The notes: generated from the sequence alone by a model not told the origin. A DNA stretch of 64,000 nt from an uncultured Smithella sp. (GCA_964400795.1 CAYNWA010000003.1:89734-153733), one strand, 5' to 3'. Positions 1 to 10,634 are shown, counted from the first letter of the stretch. Numbers and translations are program-made.

Positions 1-387
1 CCTGTCTTCCGCCTTGTGAATAACATCCAGCGACGCGCCGATCATCTCCACGTTGTATTTTTTAAGTACACCGCTTTCGGCCACCGCCACGGCGGTATTG
101 AGACCGGTTTGTCCGCCAAGCGTGGGGAGTAGAGCATCCGGCCGCTCGCGGGCGATAATTTTTTCCACGGCATCGGGTGTGATCGGTTCCACATAGGTGC
201 GGTTGGCCATTTCCGGATCGGTCATGATGGTCGCCGGGTTGCTGTTGATTAAAACAACCTCGTATCCTTCTTCCCGCAGGGCTTTGCAGGCCTGCGTTCC
301 GGAATAATCGAATTCACAGGCCTGGCTGATGATGATCGGGCCGGACCCGATGAGCAGAATCTTTTTGATATCGTTTCGTTTAGGCAC
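1..387 (-). CDS. carB: Carbamoyl-phosphate synthase large subunit, N-terminal fragment (runs off the window edge)
   Basis: Reverse translation from GTG (385-387) reads [61 protein letters not shown], the conserved CarB N-terminus. It begins immediately after the carA stop. It is absent from the ORF track because it is open-ended. Confidence 0.9.
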   Translation of the reverse strand, partial: MPKRNDIKKILLIGSGPIIISQACEFDYSGTQACKALREEGYEVVLINSNPATIMTDPEMANRTYVEPITPDAVEKIIARERPDALLPTLGGQTGLNTAVAVAESGVLKKYNVEMIGASLDVIHKAEDR

Positions 388-1518
388 TTATTTTTCCCGT
401 TTCATCATTTCGACAAACTGTGCGAACAGATACTCCGTGTCGCGCGGTCCCGGAGCGGCTTCGGGATGATACTGGACACTGAAGGCTTGCGACATCCGCA
501 TCCCTTCTGACGTATGGTCATTCAGATTGTGATACGTCTTTCGGGCTCTGCCTTCCACCGATTCCGGCACAACGACAAAACCGTGATTCTGCGAGGTGAT
601 TTCAATCCGGCCTGTTTCAACATTTTTTACGGGCTGATTGATGCCGTGATGACCGAATTTCAATTTCTCGGTGTAACCGCCGATGGCCTGTCCGATCATC
701 TGATGACCCAGACAAATACCGAACACGGGAACTTTACCGATCATGTCACGCGCAGTGTCCACAATATAAGGAAGGGCCGCCGGATCTCCGGGACCGTTGG
801 AGAGCAAAACGCCATCCGGGTTCAAGGACAGGATTTCGGACGCTTTGGAAGATGCGGGAAACACGATCACTTCACAGCCGTTTTTTTCCAGCAGCCGCAG
901 AATATTATATTTCACGCCGCAATCCAGAACGACCACACGCAATTTATTGCCGGATCGGACGGGAAAAGAACTGCCTGTCTGAACCGCGCCGTTTTTCCAG
1001 ACATACGGTCCGGAGCATGTTACCTCGCGGACAAGATCCCGGCCCACCAGACCGGGGTATTTTTTCACTTTGTCCAGCAGGGATTTTTCATCCCGGCTGT
1101 CCGTGGCAATAATGCCCTTCATGGCTCCGGACAGCCGCAGACGTCTGGTCAGGGCCCGGGTATCAATGCCCTCGATGCCGATTTTCCCATGTTCCTCGAG
1201 AAAAGATTTTAAAGATTTCGTCATCCGCCAATTGCTGGGATGAGGTTGGTATTCCCTGACGACAAACCCCTCCAGATGAACGCCCGCCGATTCCATGTCC
1301 TCATCATTGATTCCGTAGTTTCCAACCAGAGGATACGTCATGGCGACAATCTGGCCTTTATAGGAAGGGTCGGTAATCACTTCCTGATAACCGGTCATCC
1401 CCGTATTGAAAACGACTTCGCCTAGGGTCTTGCCGGATCCGGCGAAAACACTTCCTTCAAAAACGGAGCCGTCTTCCAAAACGAGCAGAGCTTTTTTCTT
1501 TTGATTCAGTAAAGGCAT
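388..1518 (-). CDS. carA: Carbamoyl-phosphate synthase small (glutamine amidotransferase) subunit
   Basis: 376 aa. CarA-like N-domain (LVLEDGSVFEGSVFAG, MTYPLVGNYGIN) plus a class I GATase triad region (GICLGHQ, QYHPEA). Confidence 0.95.
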   Translation of the reverse strand: MPLLNQKKKALLVLEDGSVFEGSVFAGSGKTLGEVVFNTGMTGYQEVITDPSYKGQIVAMTYPLVGNYGINDEDMESAGVHLEGFVVREYQPHPSNWRMTKSLKSFLEEHGKIGIEGIDTRALTRRLRLSGAMKGIIATDSRDEKSLLDKVKKYPGLVGRDLVREVTCSGPYVWKNGAVQTGSSFPVRSGNKLRVVVLDCGVKYNILRLLEKNGCEVIVFPASSKASEILSLNPDGVLLSNGPGDPAALPYIVDTARDMIGKVPVFGICLGHQMIGQAIGGYTEKLKFGHHGINQPVKNVETGRIEITSQNHGFVVVPESVEGRARKTYHNLNDHTSEGMRMSQAFSVQYHPEAAPGPRDTEYLFAQFVEMMKREK

Positions 1519-1525
1519 TCGCGCT

Positions 1526-3700
1526 TCAGTTTATAAACAGCATTTCCCAGAACTTGGGCAGAGGCCATATTTCATCGTCAACAAGAATTTCCAGTGCATC
1601 CACGTATTCCCGCAGCTCCTCCATCTTCGGCTTGACTTTGGCGCTTAACATCTCCGCCTGTTTCTGTTCATCATGCAGGGCGTCGGCCGCTTCCACCTTA
1701 ACCTGAATGTCCTTGTTGGTCGCATAAATTTTGTTGATCAGGTCAACGATCTTCTTGAGCAATTCGATCTCCGGGGAAACAACCGCCTCATTGCCCAGCG
1801 CTTCCCTGGTGCGGTTAATGGCATCGGCCAGACGCTTCTGATAAATGACCGCGGTTGGCAGAATCTGGCTCATGCAGATGGAATTGAGGCATTTGACTTC
1901 AATTTCCAGGTCCTTGATATAGCGCTCAATGTGGATCAGTTGCCGTGATTTGAGTTCTACCTGGGAAAGCACTTCATATTTCTCAAACAGCTCCAGCGCT
2001 TTTTTGGTAACCAGAGCTTTCAATGCGGTGGGTGATGTCTTTTCGTTGGGCAGTCCTCTTCTTGCCGCTTCGGCTTCCCATTCCCTGCTGTAATTGTCAC
2101 CGTTGAAAAGAATCGGCTTGATGGCGGTGATTTCGTCTTTCAAAACATCCATGACGGCCTGATTGATTTTTTTGGAATCTTTTCTCGCTTTGATCTTTTC
2201 GGCGATGTCGTCAATGCTTTCGGCAACGATGGTGTTGAGGGCAATGATCTGCGTGGAAATGGATTGCGATGAGCCCACGGCCCGGAATTCAAATTTGTTG
2301 CCGGTAAAGGCAAAGGGCGATGTCCGGTTGCGGTCGGTATTATCCTTGCTCACCTGATACAAGGAGGAGATGCCCAGATCGATAATTTGGGCATCGGTCG
2401 CCTTGGCAACGGTTCCCTGTTGAATGCTTTCCAGAATCTGCATCAGTTGGTCGCCCAGAAAAACCGATATAATGGCCGGAGGAGCTTCATTGGCGCCCAG
2501 TCGGTGATCGTTACCGTAGGAGGCCACGGATGCCCGCAGGATGTCGGCGTGTTTATAGACCGCGCGAACGGTCGCGATCAAAAAAACCAGAAAGTGGATA
2601 TTGTCCTGAGGGGTCTTGCCGGGATTAAGCAGGTTGTTGCCCTTGTCGTCAGCCATGGACCAGTTAACGTGCTTGCCGGAACCGTTAATGCGGGCAAACG
2701 GTTTTTCATGCAATAACGCAGCCAGCCGATGTTTTTTTGCGACGGCTTTGAGAGTGTCCATGACCATCTGGTTGTGATCGATGGCCAGGTTGGCTTCCTC
2801 GTAAACAGGGGCGATTTCGTACTGGCTGGGAGCGACTTCGTTATGACGGGTCTTGGCCGGTATGCCCAGTTTGAAGAGTTCCTCTTCCACATCGTGCATG
2901 TAGGACGATATTCGTTCCTTGATGCTACCGAAGTACTGATCTTCAAGTTCCTGACCTTTGGCCGGAGGCGCGCCGACAACGGTTCTTCCGCCCAGAACCA
3001 GGTCCGGACGTTTGAAATAGTAGTCCATATCAATCAGAAAGTATTCCTGCTCGGGACCGAGATTGGAGTAGACTTTTCTGACGTTATTGACCCCCAGAAG
3101 TTTGAGCATGTTGACGGCGCTTTTGCTTAAGGCCTTAATGGAGCGAAGTAACGGGGTCTTTTTATCCAGAGCCTGGCCGGTGTAGGAAATGAAAACGGTT
3201 GGAATGCACAGCGTGGTGGAGATGCCGTTTCGCTTGATAAAGGCCGGCGAGGACATATCCCAGGCGGTGTAACCGCGGGCTTCAAAAGTGGCGCGGATGC
3301 CGCCCGACGGAAAGCTGGAGGCATCCGGTTCGCCCTGAACCAGTTGTTTGCCGGAAAACTTTTCCATGACCTGACCGTCGCCGCAAGGTTCGATAAAAGC
3401 GTCGTGTTTTTCAGCGGTAACACCGGTCATGGGCTGGAACCAGTGGGCAAAGTGGGTGGCTCCTTTTTCCAGCGCCCATTTCTTGATGGCATCGGCCACG
3501 ATATCGGCTGTTTTCAAATCCAGCCGCTTGTCCTCGTTGATGGCGTCCATCAGTTTTTTGAAGGTTTCTTTGGGCAGACGTTCTTTCATCGCCTTCCGGT
3601 TGAAGGTGTCTTCCCCGAAGTACTTTGAAACGGGAACAAATTTTTCCTTCTCAATCTGGTATTGTCTTTCTACTGCGGTGGTTTGTTTTGTTTTCTTCAT
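1526..3700 (-). CDS. glnN: Glutamine synthetase type III
   Basis: 724 aa, the size and layout typical of GlnN-type GS. GS catalytic-domain-like motifs are present (NGSGKHVNWS, HNEVAPSQYE). It lies 7 nt upstream of carA and 29 nt downstream of the glutamate synthase genes. Confidence 0.88.
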   Translation of the reverse strand: MKKTKQTTAVERQYQIEKEKFVPVSKYFGEDTFNRKAMKERLPKETFKKLMDAINEDKRLDLKTADIVADAIKKWALEKGATHFAHWFQPMTGVTAEKHDAFIEPCGDGQVMEKFSGKQLVQGEPDASSFPSGGIRATFEARGYTAWDMSSPAFIKRNGISTTLCIPTVFISYTGQALDKKTPLLRSIKALSKSAVNMLKLLGVNNVRKVYSNLGPEQEYFLIDMDYYFKRPDLVLGGRTVVGAPPAKGQELEDQYFGSIKERISSYMHDVEEELFKLGIPAKTRHNEVAPSQYEIAPVYEEANLAIDHNQMVMDTLKAVAKKHRLAALLHEKPFARINGSGKHVNWSMADDKGNNLLNPGKTPQDNIHFLVFLIATVRAVYKHADILRASVASYGNDHRLGANEAPPAIISVFLGDQLMQILESIQQGTVAKATDAQIIDLGISSLYQVSKDNTDRNRTSPFAFTGNKFEFRAVGSSQSISTQIIALNTIVAESIDDIAEKIKARKDSKKINQAVMDVLKDEITAIKPILFNGDNYSREWEAEAARRGLPNEKTSPTALKALVTKKALELFEKYEVLSQVELKSRQLIHIERYIKDLEIEVKCLNSICMSQILPTAVIYQKRLADAINRTREALGNEAVVSPEIELLKKIVDLINKIYATNKDIQVKVEAADALHDEQKQAEMLSAKVKPKMEELREYVDALEILVDDEIWPLPKFWEMLFIN

Positions 3701-3729
3701 AGTTTTTTATCCTCACACTTTAATGATTT

Positions 3730-6066
3730 TTACTCGAGTGGTTTATTTTCCACGATTTCCCAGACACCGGTGGGACAAACGCCGGCGCAGAAACCACAAC
3801 CTATGCAAAGTTCCTCATTAACACTATACTCATACTTTTCCCCCTCAAGCGCCTTGCGGGAAATTGCGTTTTGCGGACAGATGGTTTCACACATACCGCA
3901 GTCACGGCAGGCACCGCAGGACGCGCAATTCATCGCGCAGGATAGCGGATCGGAAAAACTCTTAATGCGCGAATCGAAATATTCCGTCTTTACCCGGTGA
4001 AAATCAATCGGCGGCAGTTGATCGTATGTTTCGCCGACACCTTTCAACAAATTATCAATGGTCCGGGCAGCAATTCTTCCCGCTCCGATCGCTTCGGTAA
4101 GCAGTCCCGGCCTGGCGATATCACCGATGGCGAAGATCTGTTCGTCGCTCGTTCTGAAATTTTCATCCACAACGACAAATCCATTTTTCACAGCGATGTC
4201 TTCCGACAGGAAGGACAAGTCCGGCATATCACCGACCGCGACAATCACCGTATCCGCCGGTAATGTTTCCCCGTCTGTCAGTTCCACGCCTTTTGCCGTC
4301 ACGGCTTTGGTGAAACGGGGCCAGAGAAATTTTGCCCCGGCCGCTTCGGCATGCTTTCTTTCCGTCCCAAACGATGCCGGCTGCTGGACATCAATCAGCG
4401 TGACGCTTTTGGCTCCCAGACGGAAGGCTTCCGTCGCGGCGTCGCAACCGACATTGCCGGCGCCGATGATGACGACTTTCTTACCGACCTTGACACTATT
4501 GACCTTGCTTTGCTTCAAAAACTCAAGCGCGCTGATAGCTTTATCTATCCCCGGTACATTGATTTTTCTCGGTTTGGCCGCACCGGCGGCAATGACGATA
4601 AAGTCAAATTCATTTTTCAGCTTTCTGAACTTTTCTTTGGTCAGGGAAGCGTTCAGGTGAATATGACGCAAATTTTTAGCCAGCCTTTTTAATTCATGAT
4701 CAACCACTTCATCCGGAATACGGCTCTGTGGAATGGTTTCCGTAATTTTGCCCCCCAGATGTTTCCGGTTCTCATAGATCACCGCGTCGTGACCTTTCAT
4801 CCACAACTGCCAGGCGACGGAAAGTCCCGCTGCTCCACCGCCGATAATGGCTATTTTTTTACCGGTGGCGTGAAGGGGTTTCGGTTCCTTTGCTTCCAGT
4901 GATGCTTTCCCCAGAACGGTCACATCCACCGAAGGTAGATGGACTGTCTTTCGCGAACAATTCTGCATGCACAGATTGGGGCAGAGATAACCGCAAACCG
5001 TCGCGGGGAACGGCGTATATTCCAAAGCGAGATTGACCGCTTCCTGCATTTTTCCTTTACGGATCAGCTCCCATCTTTTCTGAACGGGAATGCCCGTGGG
5101 ACAGTGAGCCTGACAGGGCGGCAGATATTTTTCGTTAGCCCAGACAGGAACGAAGCGGCGTAATTCACCGGTGGTAATGACGCCGATCGGTGAACGGTCG
5201 GAGCTGGTCAGATCGCCGATCAGACCGCCGTTGCCCAGTTCTTTCTCCCATGCCTCCTGACGAAAAACATTCATCGGACGCAGGGCGCGTCCTTTTTTCT
5301 CGTGGGGTTTCAGAGCAACGAGAAGCTGCCAGTCTGAGCGCTCTGCCGTCAGCTCTTCACACAGGTATTGCTTGCCTATGGCCTGCAGAAATTGTTTCAG
5401 ATTTTTCTTCAGCCATTGCCATTCATCATCCGGCAGATTGGTAATCAATCTAGCATCCTGTTCGCTAAAGGAACTTTGATTACTGCGAAAAAAGATTTTT
5501 CCTCCCACCATGCCTACGCAGGGACGGTAGCCCAAAACGTCATGTTCTTTTTCAGCGCCGACACCGCAGATGACGGCGATGCCGCCGGCCATAAATTCCG
5601 CGAAAGAGTCACCCGCCTTGCCGAACACCCAGAGTTCCGGAGGTTCAAACCGCGGATTGTGTTTGGTCATGGTCATACCGCGGGCACCGATATCGCCGTC
5701 GATATAAATTTTGCCCTGCGCCATGGCATTGGCCACACCGTTGGTGGCATTACCGTGAACAATGATGTGTGCGCCGGCATTAAGCCAGCCGACATCATCG
5801 GACGCCGGGCCAAACACTTCAATCACCGTATTGGCAAAACCCATGGAGCCCAGACGTTGTCCGGACGTGCCGGTGACATCCACTTTAATCGGCTTATCAC
5901 CCGCGCGCCACAGACGCCCGCCGATACCGTGCTGACCGTAAGCGGTTATCTCAATGTGATGATAGCCATTCGCAACAGCGCGCTGTATCTGCTCTTCCAG
6001 AACACGCGATTCAACACGAATTCCGTTTTCCTGGCCGGCGATTCTTATGGATTCTTTCTTTGTCAT
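3730..6066 (-). CDS. Glutamate synthase component: GXGXG (GltB C-terminal-like) domain fused to a GltD-like NAD(P)H/FAD oxidoreductase and a C-terminal 2x[4Fe-4S] ferredoxin
   Basis: 778 aa. The N-terminal ~250 aa carry glycine-rich repeats (GQHGIGGRL, GTSGQRLG, VHGNATNG, IDGDIGARG). The middle has two dinucleotide folds (IAIIGGGAAGLSVA, VVIIGAGNVGCDAA). The end has CASCGACRDCGMCETICP and CIGCGFCAGVCP. Confidence 0.8.
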   Translation of the reverse strand: MTKKESIRIAGQENGIRVESRVLEEQIQRAVANGYHHIEITAYGQHGIGGRLWRAGDKPIKVDVTGTSGQRLGSMGFANTVIEVFGPASDDVGWLNAGAHIIVHGNATNGVANAMAQGKIYIDGDIGARGMTMTKHNPRFEPPELWVFGKAGDSFAEFMAGGIAVICGVGAEKEHDVLGYRPCVGMVGGKIFFRSNQSSFSEQDARLITNLPDDEWQWLKKNLKQFLQAIGKQYLCEELTAERSDWQLLVALKPHEKKGRALRPMNVFRQEAWEKELGNGGLIGDLTSSDRSPIGVITTGELRRFVPVWANEKYLPPCQAHCPTGIPVQKRWELIRKGKMQEAVNLALEYTPFPATVCGYLCPNLCMQNCSRKTVHLPSVDVTVLGKASLEAKEPKPLHATGKKIAIIGGGAAGLSVAWQLWMKGHDAVIYENRKHLGGKITETIPQSRIPDEVVDHELKRLAKNLRHIHLNASLTKEKFRKLKNEFDFIVIAAGAAKPRKINVPGIDKAISALEFLKQSKVNSVKVGKKVVIIGAGNVGCDAATEAFRLGAKSVTLIDVQQPASFGTERKHAEAAGAKFLWPRFTKAVTAKGVELTDGETLPADTVIVAVGDMPDLSFLSEDIAVKNGFVVVDENFRTSDEQIFAIGDIARPGLLTEAIGAGRIAARTIDNLLKGVGETYDQLPPIDFHRVKTEYFDSRIKSFSDPLSCAMNCASCGACRDCGMCETICPQNAISRKALEGEKYEYSVNEELCIGCGFCAGVCPTGVWEIVENKPLE

Positions 6067-6086
6067 ATCTTTTTATGGTTTCCGTC

Positions 6087-7721
6087 TTACAAAACGTATT
6101 TTATCTGCAATCGTTCAGCCGCGTTCGCGTCGGCGATGCCCAGCGCGTCGGACATGCCAATGGGCAGAGACGTGGAACGTCCCAGCGGAGCGACGATTTT
6201 CTTCAATTCCGTGTCAAAGCTCAAATACACATCAACAATGCGTTCGGCAACCTTTTCCGGATCAAGCCGTCGATCCAGACGCGAATCCTGCGAGGTAATA
6301 CCTTTGGGACATACGCCGATATTGCAGACGTTGCACCGGTCGGCTTCCGAACCCAGACATCCCGCGGCCGCCTGCATGATATATTTTCCGGTCTGTACGC
6401 CGCTTGCACCCAGCATAATCAGCGCTGCGGCATTGGCGGCCAGATTGCCGTTTTTGCCGATACCGCCTCCGGCAAAAAGAGGTATTTCATTTTGTTTGCC
6501 CAGTTTGACCAGATTCAGGTACGAATCACGCAAATTGCTGGCTATGGGATGTCCCATATGATTCATGGACACATTATAGGCAGCCCCGGTGCCGCCGTCT
6601 TCGCCGTCAATGGCCAGACCGGCCGCATAGGGATTCCGGGTCAGGTTGTTCAGCACAGCAAGCGTTGTGCTGGTCGCGGATATTTTCGGATAGACCGGCA
6701 CGCGGAATCCCCACGCCATGTACATGGACTGAATCATCTTGGCCACGGCTTCCTCAATGGAGTACTTGGTCTGATGCGTCGGCGGGCTGGGCAGACTGAC
6801 GCCCTGCGGAACGCCGCGGATGGCGGCAATGAGTTTGTTGACCTTATACCACATCAGCAATCCGCCGTCGCCGGGTTTGGCGCCCTGACCGTATTTGATT
6901 TCTATCGCGCAGGGGTCTTCCTTCATGTGCGGAAGGTTATGAATAATTTCATCCCAGCCGAAGTACCCGCTGGCAATCTGTAAAATAACATATTTCAGAA
7001 AACGGGATCTGAGAAGTCGCGGAGGACACCCCCCTTCACCGGTACAAATACGCACGGGCATGCCCAGTTCTTCATTAAGATACGCCACGCCCATCTGGAG
7101 ACCTTCCCACATATTCGGCGAAAGCGCGCCGAACGACATGCTGCCGATGACCAGAGGATAGATTTCCCGCACCGGCGGCATCCAGCCTTGTTCCCGGCTA
7201 ACTTTCAGCATTTCTTCCGGCGCCAGAATTCTGCCCAGCAGGGTTCTCAGTTCAAACTCATGACGTCCCGCATCCAGAGCGGGATCGGTCAGCATGGAAA
7301 TGCGCACAAATTTGATTTTATCCAGAACGCTGTCGGCGGAATTGCGCCTGCCGCCCCGGCGTCGGGGCTCGCCTCCCTGATTGACATGAAACCTGAGTTT
7401 GTCTATTTCATCCGCGTGTATGGGCGCAATGGCTCCATTGGGACAAACCATGGTGCACATGCCGCAGCCGACGCAGGCATGCGCGGCGTCGGTTCGCTGA
7501 TTGATTCCGAAATAAACGGACAGCAGATTGCCCGGTTTTTCTTCCAGACCGATCGGTACTTGCAGGGCGCGTTTTCGATGGACACCCAGTTCGATGGCGC
7601 GCACCGGACAAACGGTGGTGCACTGCCCGCAGAGCGTGCATTTATCTTTGTTCCACATAATCTGCCAGGGCAGATCCTTGACGCTTAATGTGGATGGGTT
7701 AATGGTTCCAACTGATTCCAT
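6087..7721 (-). CDS. Glutamate synthase FMN-binding (GltB central domain-like) subunit with an N-terminal 2x[4Fe-4S] ferredoxin
   Basis: 544 aa. Motifs CTLCGQCTTVCP and CVGCGMCTMVCP, then FMN-domain-like GAKPGDGG, AIDGEDGGTGAA, FAGGGIG. AGGAGA lies 7 nt before the ATG. The start overlaps the upstream gene end by 37 nt, consistent with translational coupling. Confidence 0.85.
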   Translation of the reverse strand: MESVGTINPSTLSVKDLPWQIMWNKDKCTLCGQCTTVCPVRAIELGVHRKRALQVPIGLEEKPGNLLSVYFGINQRTDAAHACVGCGMCTMVCPNGAIAPIHADEIDKLRFHVNQGGEPRRRGGRRNSADSVLDKIKFVRISMLTDPALDAGRHEFELRTLLGRILAPEEMLKVSREQGWMPPVREIYPLVIGSMSFGALSPNMWEGLQMGVAYLNEELGMPVRICTGEGGCPPRLLRSRFLKYVILQIASGYFGWDEIIHNLPHMKEDPCAIEIKYGQGAKPGDGGLLMWYKVNKLIAAIRGVPQGVSLPSPPTHQTKYSIEEAVAKMIQSMYMAWGFRVPVYPKISATSTTLAVLNNLTRNPYAAGLAIDGEDGGTGAAYNVSMNHMGHPIASNLRDSYLNLVKLGKQNEIPLFAGGGIGKNGNLAANAAALIMLGASGVQTGKYIMQAAAGCLGSEADRCNVCNIGVCPKGITSQDSRLDRRLDPEKVAERIVDVYLSFDTELKKIVAPLGRSTSLPIGMSDALGIADANAAERLQIKYVL

Positions 7722-8815
7722 TTTTTGATCTCCTGACGTTCGCGACTCACCAAAACCGTCTCATACTTCATCGGTTGATAATCGAGATTGATATATCTGT
7801 CCGGAATGGCCGCATCCAGACCGCACATTTCCGAAGAGAAGGCGAAAATTCCGGGACGTCCGCCCACAACCCCGGGACGGAGTTTCTTGGAGTCCTGCAC
7901 CATGAACATGGATTTATCCGGCAGACATCCGATAACGCAATTCGGCCCGTCGATAATCAAAGGCCGGCAGGACTGTTTCAAATTCCTCAACCACAGTCCG
8001 TTGGGATGATGGTCCAGTTCGGTATCTTTAAGCGGTGTGATGATATGTTTGTACATTTCCATGCCCATGCCCAGTTTGTTATGCATGTAATGCAGAATAT
8101 GCGTGAAAACTTCCGAGTCGGAGTTATAACCGGTATAGCCCGGGAAATTCCGGGAACTGAGAAACTCGCGAATCGGAACAAAAGCTGTGTTTTCGCCATT
8201 GGTTGCCGAAGCCATCCCCTGAATAAAGAACGGATGACAGGCGTAAATATTAATGGTGTAATTGGTGTTCTGGCGTCCCTGGCTCAGGATGACGCGGGCC
8301 ATGAGTTCCTTGCGATCCAAACCCAGGTATTCGGCAATGGCCAGTGGATCGCCAACTTCTTTTATCATAATCACATCCGGCCAGAAGCTGAAAATCATCA
8401 TGGATTCATCCTGCTCTCCCATGCGGCGCAGTTTCAGTTGCACCATCATCAAACGGAAATTGATTTCTTCCTTGCTCAAACCTTCCCATTCAGCCGGATA
8501 TTCATAAACCCGGATAACATAGTTATCTCTTTTCGGCGTACCCGCCGGAGTCGTCTTGGCCGGTTTGATGGAAAGTTTGTATTTAACCATGAAATCCTGA
8601 TCAATCATAAAACGGTCTAGATTCTTCAGTCCTTCATTGGAAAAGATACCGGAAAGAATCGGTTCATCTTTAAAATTCTGAAATTCGCCACCGAGGTCGG
8701 TCAAGAAGAGGCCCACGCCCGAGCCGTCGTGTCCTTCTTTCATCACGTCAATGGCGTGAATGGCAACCATGGGTGAAAGCGGATCGTTGCTCGTTATGGA
8801 AAACAGGCGACACAT
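7685..8815 (-). CDS. Class II (Ntn) glutamine amidotransferase, GltB N-terminal domain-like glutamate synthase subunit
   Basis: 376 aa starting MCRLF (Cys2 nucleophile typical of Ntn amidotransferases). First gene after the sigma-54 promoter. GAGGAGG RBS. Confidence 0.82.
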   Translation of the reverse strand: MCRLFSITSNDPLSPMVAIHAIDVMKEGHDGSGVGLFLTDLGGEFQNFKDEPILSGIFSNEGLKNLDRFMIDQDFMVKYKLSIKPAKTTPAGTPKRDNYVIRVYEYPAEWEGLSKEEINFRLMMVQLKLRRMGEQDESMMIFSFWPDVIMIKEVGDPLAIAEYLGLDRKELMARVILSQGRQNTNYTINIYACHPFFIQGMASATNGENTAFVPIREFLSSRNFPGYTGYNSDSEVFTHILHYMHNKLGMGMEMYKHIITPLKDTELDHHPNGLWLRNLKQSCRPLIIDGPNCVIGCLPDKSMFMVQDSKKLRPGVVGGRPGIFAFSSEMCGLDAAIPDRYINLDYQPMKYETVLVSRERQEIKKWNQLEPLTHPH

Positions 8816-8873
8816 ACTAGTTATAACCTCCTCAAACTCTTTTCTGTTTTCAGTCGAAAAGTATAATGATTAA

Positions 8874-8890
8874 GTGCCAAAGCCGTGCCA
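8874..8890 (-). promoter_or_regulatory. Sigma-54 (-24/-12) promoter candidate for the glutamate synthase-glnN-carAB operon
   Basis: The minus strand reads TGGCACGGCTTTGGCAC, with GG and GC spaced as in the TGGCAC-N5-TTGC consensus (TGGC instead of TTGC). It sits about 58 nt upstream of the ATG at 8815. Confidence 0.6.
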
Positions 8891-9053
8891 GATTTAGAAA
8901 ATAAATTACAATTTTGTATATCCTTCATTTTTGCTTCTTTGAACCTTTAATAAAATTTCCCTTTGCTTTTAAATGGCACAAATTTGTTCTTTTCTAAAAT
9001 TACGAATCAAATTTGTACTGTTTAAAGTCAATATCTTCAAATTAAAGTCTGAC

Positions 9054-10634
9054 TTATGTTTGTTTTAATTCGACGGCTTTCTTTTTGAAAAGCTTCGAAT
9101 TTATTCCCATTTTCGATATTTTGTACTGGATAATGCGTTTTGTCGTTCCCAGTTTCCTGGCTGCCTTGGTCTGGTTGCCGCCGGTTTCCTCCAACGCCTC
9201 TATAATCAGGGCTCTTTCCTGGGCTTCGACAACAGAAGAAAGCTTGCTTTTATCTTTCTTTTCAATTTCCTGCCCCTTGATCTGCAACGAAGGAGGAAGA
9301 TGTTGACAATCTATCGTGTCTGTTTTGGACAACAGGACAGCCCGTTCAATGCAGTTTTCCAGTTCCCGAACATTGCCCGGCCATTTATGATTCAGAAAAA
9401 CTTCGATGGCCGCTGCGGAAATTCTTTTGACATGCTTACCCATTTCAGCGCTGTACTTCAGGATGAAGTGGTCTGCCAGCAAGATGACGTCGCTTCCGCG
9501 CTCGCGAAGCGGAGGCAGATAAATCGGGAATACATTGAGCCGGTAGAATAAGTCCGCGCGGAAACGGTCGGCGAGAATATCCTGTTCCAGGTTGCGGTTG
9601 GTGGCGGCAATAATCCGCACATTCACGTTGACCACCCGTGATGACCCCAGGGGCTGGAAACGTTTCTCCTGTAAAATCCGCAAAAGCTTTACCTGGGCGG
9701 CGGCGGAAAGTTCTCCGACTTCATCCAGGAAAATCGTTCCGCCGTTGGCTTCTTCAAAACGTCCGCGGCGTTGCTGCAGTGCTCCGGTAAACGCTCCCTT
9801 TTCGTGGCCGAACAGCTCGCTTTCAATCAACGTATCGGGAATTGCCGCGCAGTTGACCTGAACCAGGGGTCCGCCCTTGCGCGGAGAATTATTATGAATC
9901 GCCCGTGCGATGAGTTCCTTGCCGGTGCCGGTTTCACCGGTAATTAAAACGGTGGTGTTGGAATCGGCAACCTGTGCCACCAGTCCGAAGACTTCCTGCA
10001 TGGCTTTGGAATGTCCGATGATTTCCATGGATGGTGCGCGGTTCTGACCGACGATTTTGCGAAGGCGTCTGTTTTCTTCTTCCAGGCCGCGGATATGCAC
10101 GGCTTTCGCCATCAGCTCGGCAACGGACGATAACAGCGCCAATTCCTTGTCGAGATTTTCCACGGAAAGGGCGACTTTATCGGCGGATAAAACGCCTACC
10201 ACATTGGAGTCATAGATAATCGGCACACATAAAAAAGAAAGTTCAGCACGATTCAGATTACGGCGCGCGCCGGTACGATCTAGAAAATGCGCTTCCTGTC
10301 CGAGGTTGGCCACTGCCATCGGACGTCCTGTCTCCGCAACTTTTCCGGTAATGCCTTCGCCCGGCTTGTACATTACTTCCAGACCGTCAATGTTCACATC
10401 ATGCGCGACATCCAGCCAGACTTCCTTCTTTTCGCGGTCCACCAGCGATATCATGCCCCGCTGCATTCCCAGGCGTGAACTCATTTCCTGCAGAACCTGA
10501 TCCAGTTGTTCGCGTAAATCCAGGGGCTGTGCCAGAATCTGGGCTATGGCATGCAAGGCGGCCAATTCTTCGTAAGTGTGAATGCTCAATTTTCTTTCTC
10601 TCTCACTAAAAGATTTTTTTGTGGCGTTGCTCAT
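9054..10634 (-). CDS. Sigma-54-dependent transcriptional activator with an N-terminal GAF domain (NifA/NtrC-like enhancer-binding protein)
   Basis: 526 aa. GAF-like N-terminus, AAA+ Walker A GETGTGKE, sigma-54 contact motif GAFTGA, and a C-terminal Fis-type HTH ([22 protein letters not shown]). Confidence 0.9.
   Translation of the reverse strand: MSNATKKSFSERERKLSIHTYEELAALHAIAQILAQPLDLREQLDQVLQEMSSRLGMQRGMISLVDREKKEVWLDVAHDVNIDGLEVMYKPGEGITGKVAETGRPMAVANLGQEAHFLDRTGARRNLNRAELSFLCVPIIYDSNVVGVLSADKVALSVENLDKELALLSSVAELMAKAVHIRGLEEENRRLRKIVGQNRAPSMEIIGHSKAMQEVFGLVAQVADSNTTVLITGETGTGKELIARAIHNNSPRKGGPLVQVNCAAIPDTLIESELFGHEKGAFTGALQQRRGRFEEANGGTIFLDEVGELSAAAQVKLLRILQEKRFQPLGSSRVVNVNVRIIAATNRNLEQDILADRFRADLFYRLNVFPIYLPPLRERGSDVILLADHFILKYSAEMGKHVKRISAAAIEVFLNHKWPGNVRELENCIERAVLLSKTDTIDCQHLPPSLQIKGQEIEKKDKSKLSSVVEAQERALIIEALEETGGNQTKAARKLGTTKRIIQYKISKMGINSKLFKKKAVELKQT

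Noticed and set aside
5368-6983. Long plus-strand ORFs (397 aa and 307 aa) antisense to the glutamate synthase genes. Similar shadow ORFs occur at 58705-59913 (antisense to glyA), 34703-35641 (antisense to the acyl-CoA dehydrogenase gene), 23947-24618 and 23461-23946 (antisense to ackA-pduL), 13074-13703 (antisense to amtB) and 514-1212 (antisense to carA).
   Set aside because: Each lies fully opposite a gene with clear family signatures. The translations are low-complexity and Arg/Gly/His-rich with no recognisable motifs or RBS. These are typical shadow ORFs in moderately GC-rich coding DNA.
8974-8989. Plus-strand TGGCAC-AAATT-TGTT resembling a sigma-54 -24 box.
   Set aside because: There is no GC dinucleotide at the -12 position. 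It would also fire antisense into the 3' end of the activator gene. More likely the TGGCAC is fortuitous, or part of the ACAA-N2-TTGT site it overlaps.
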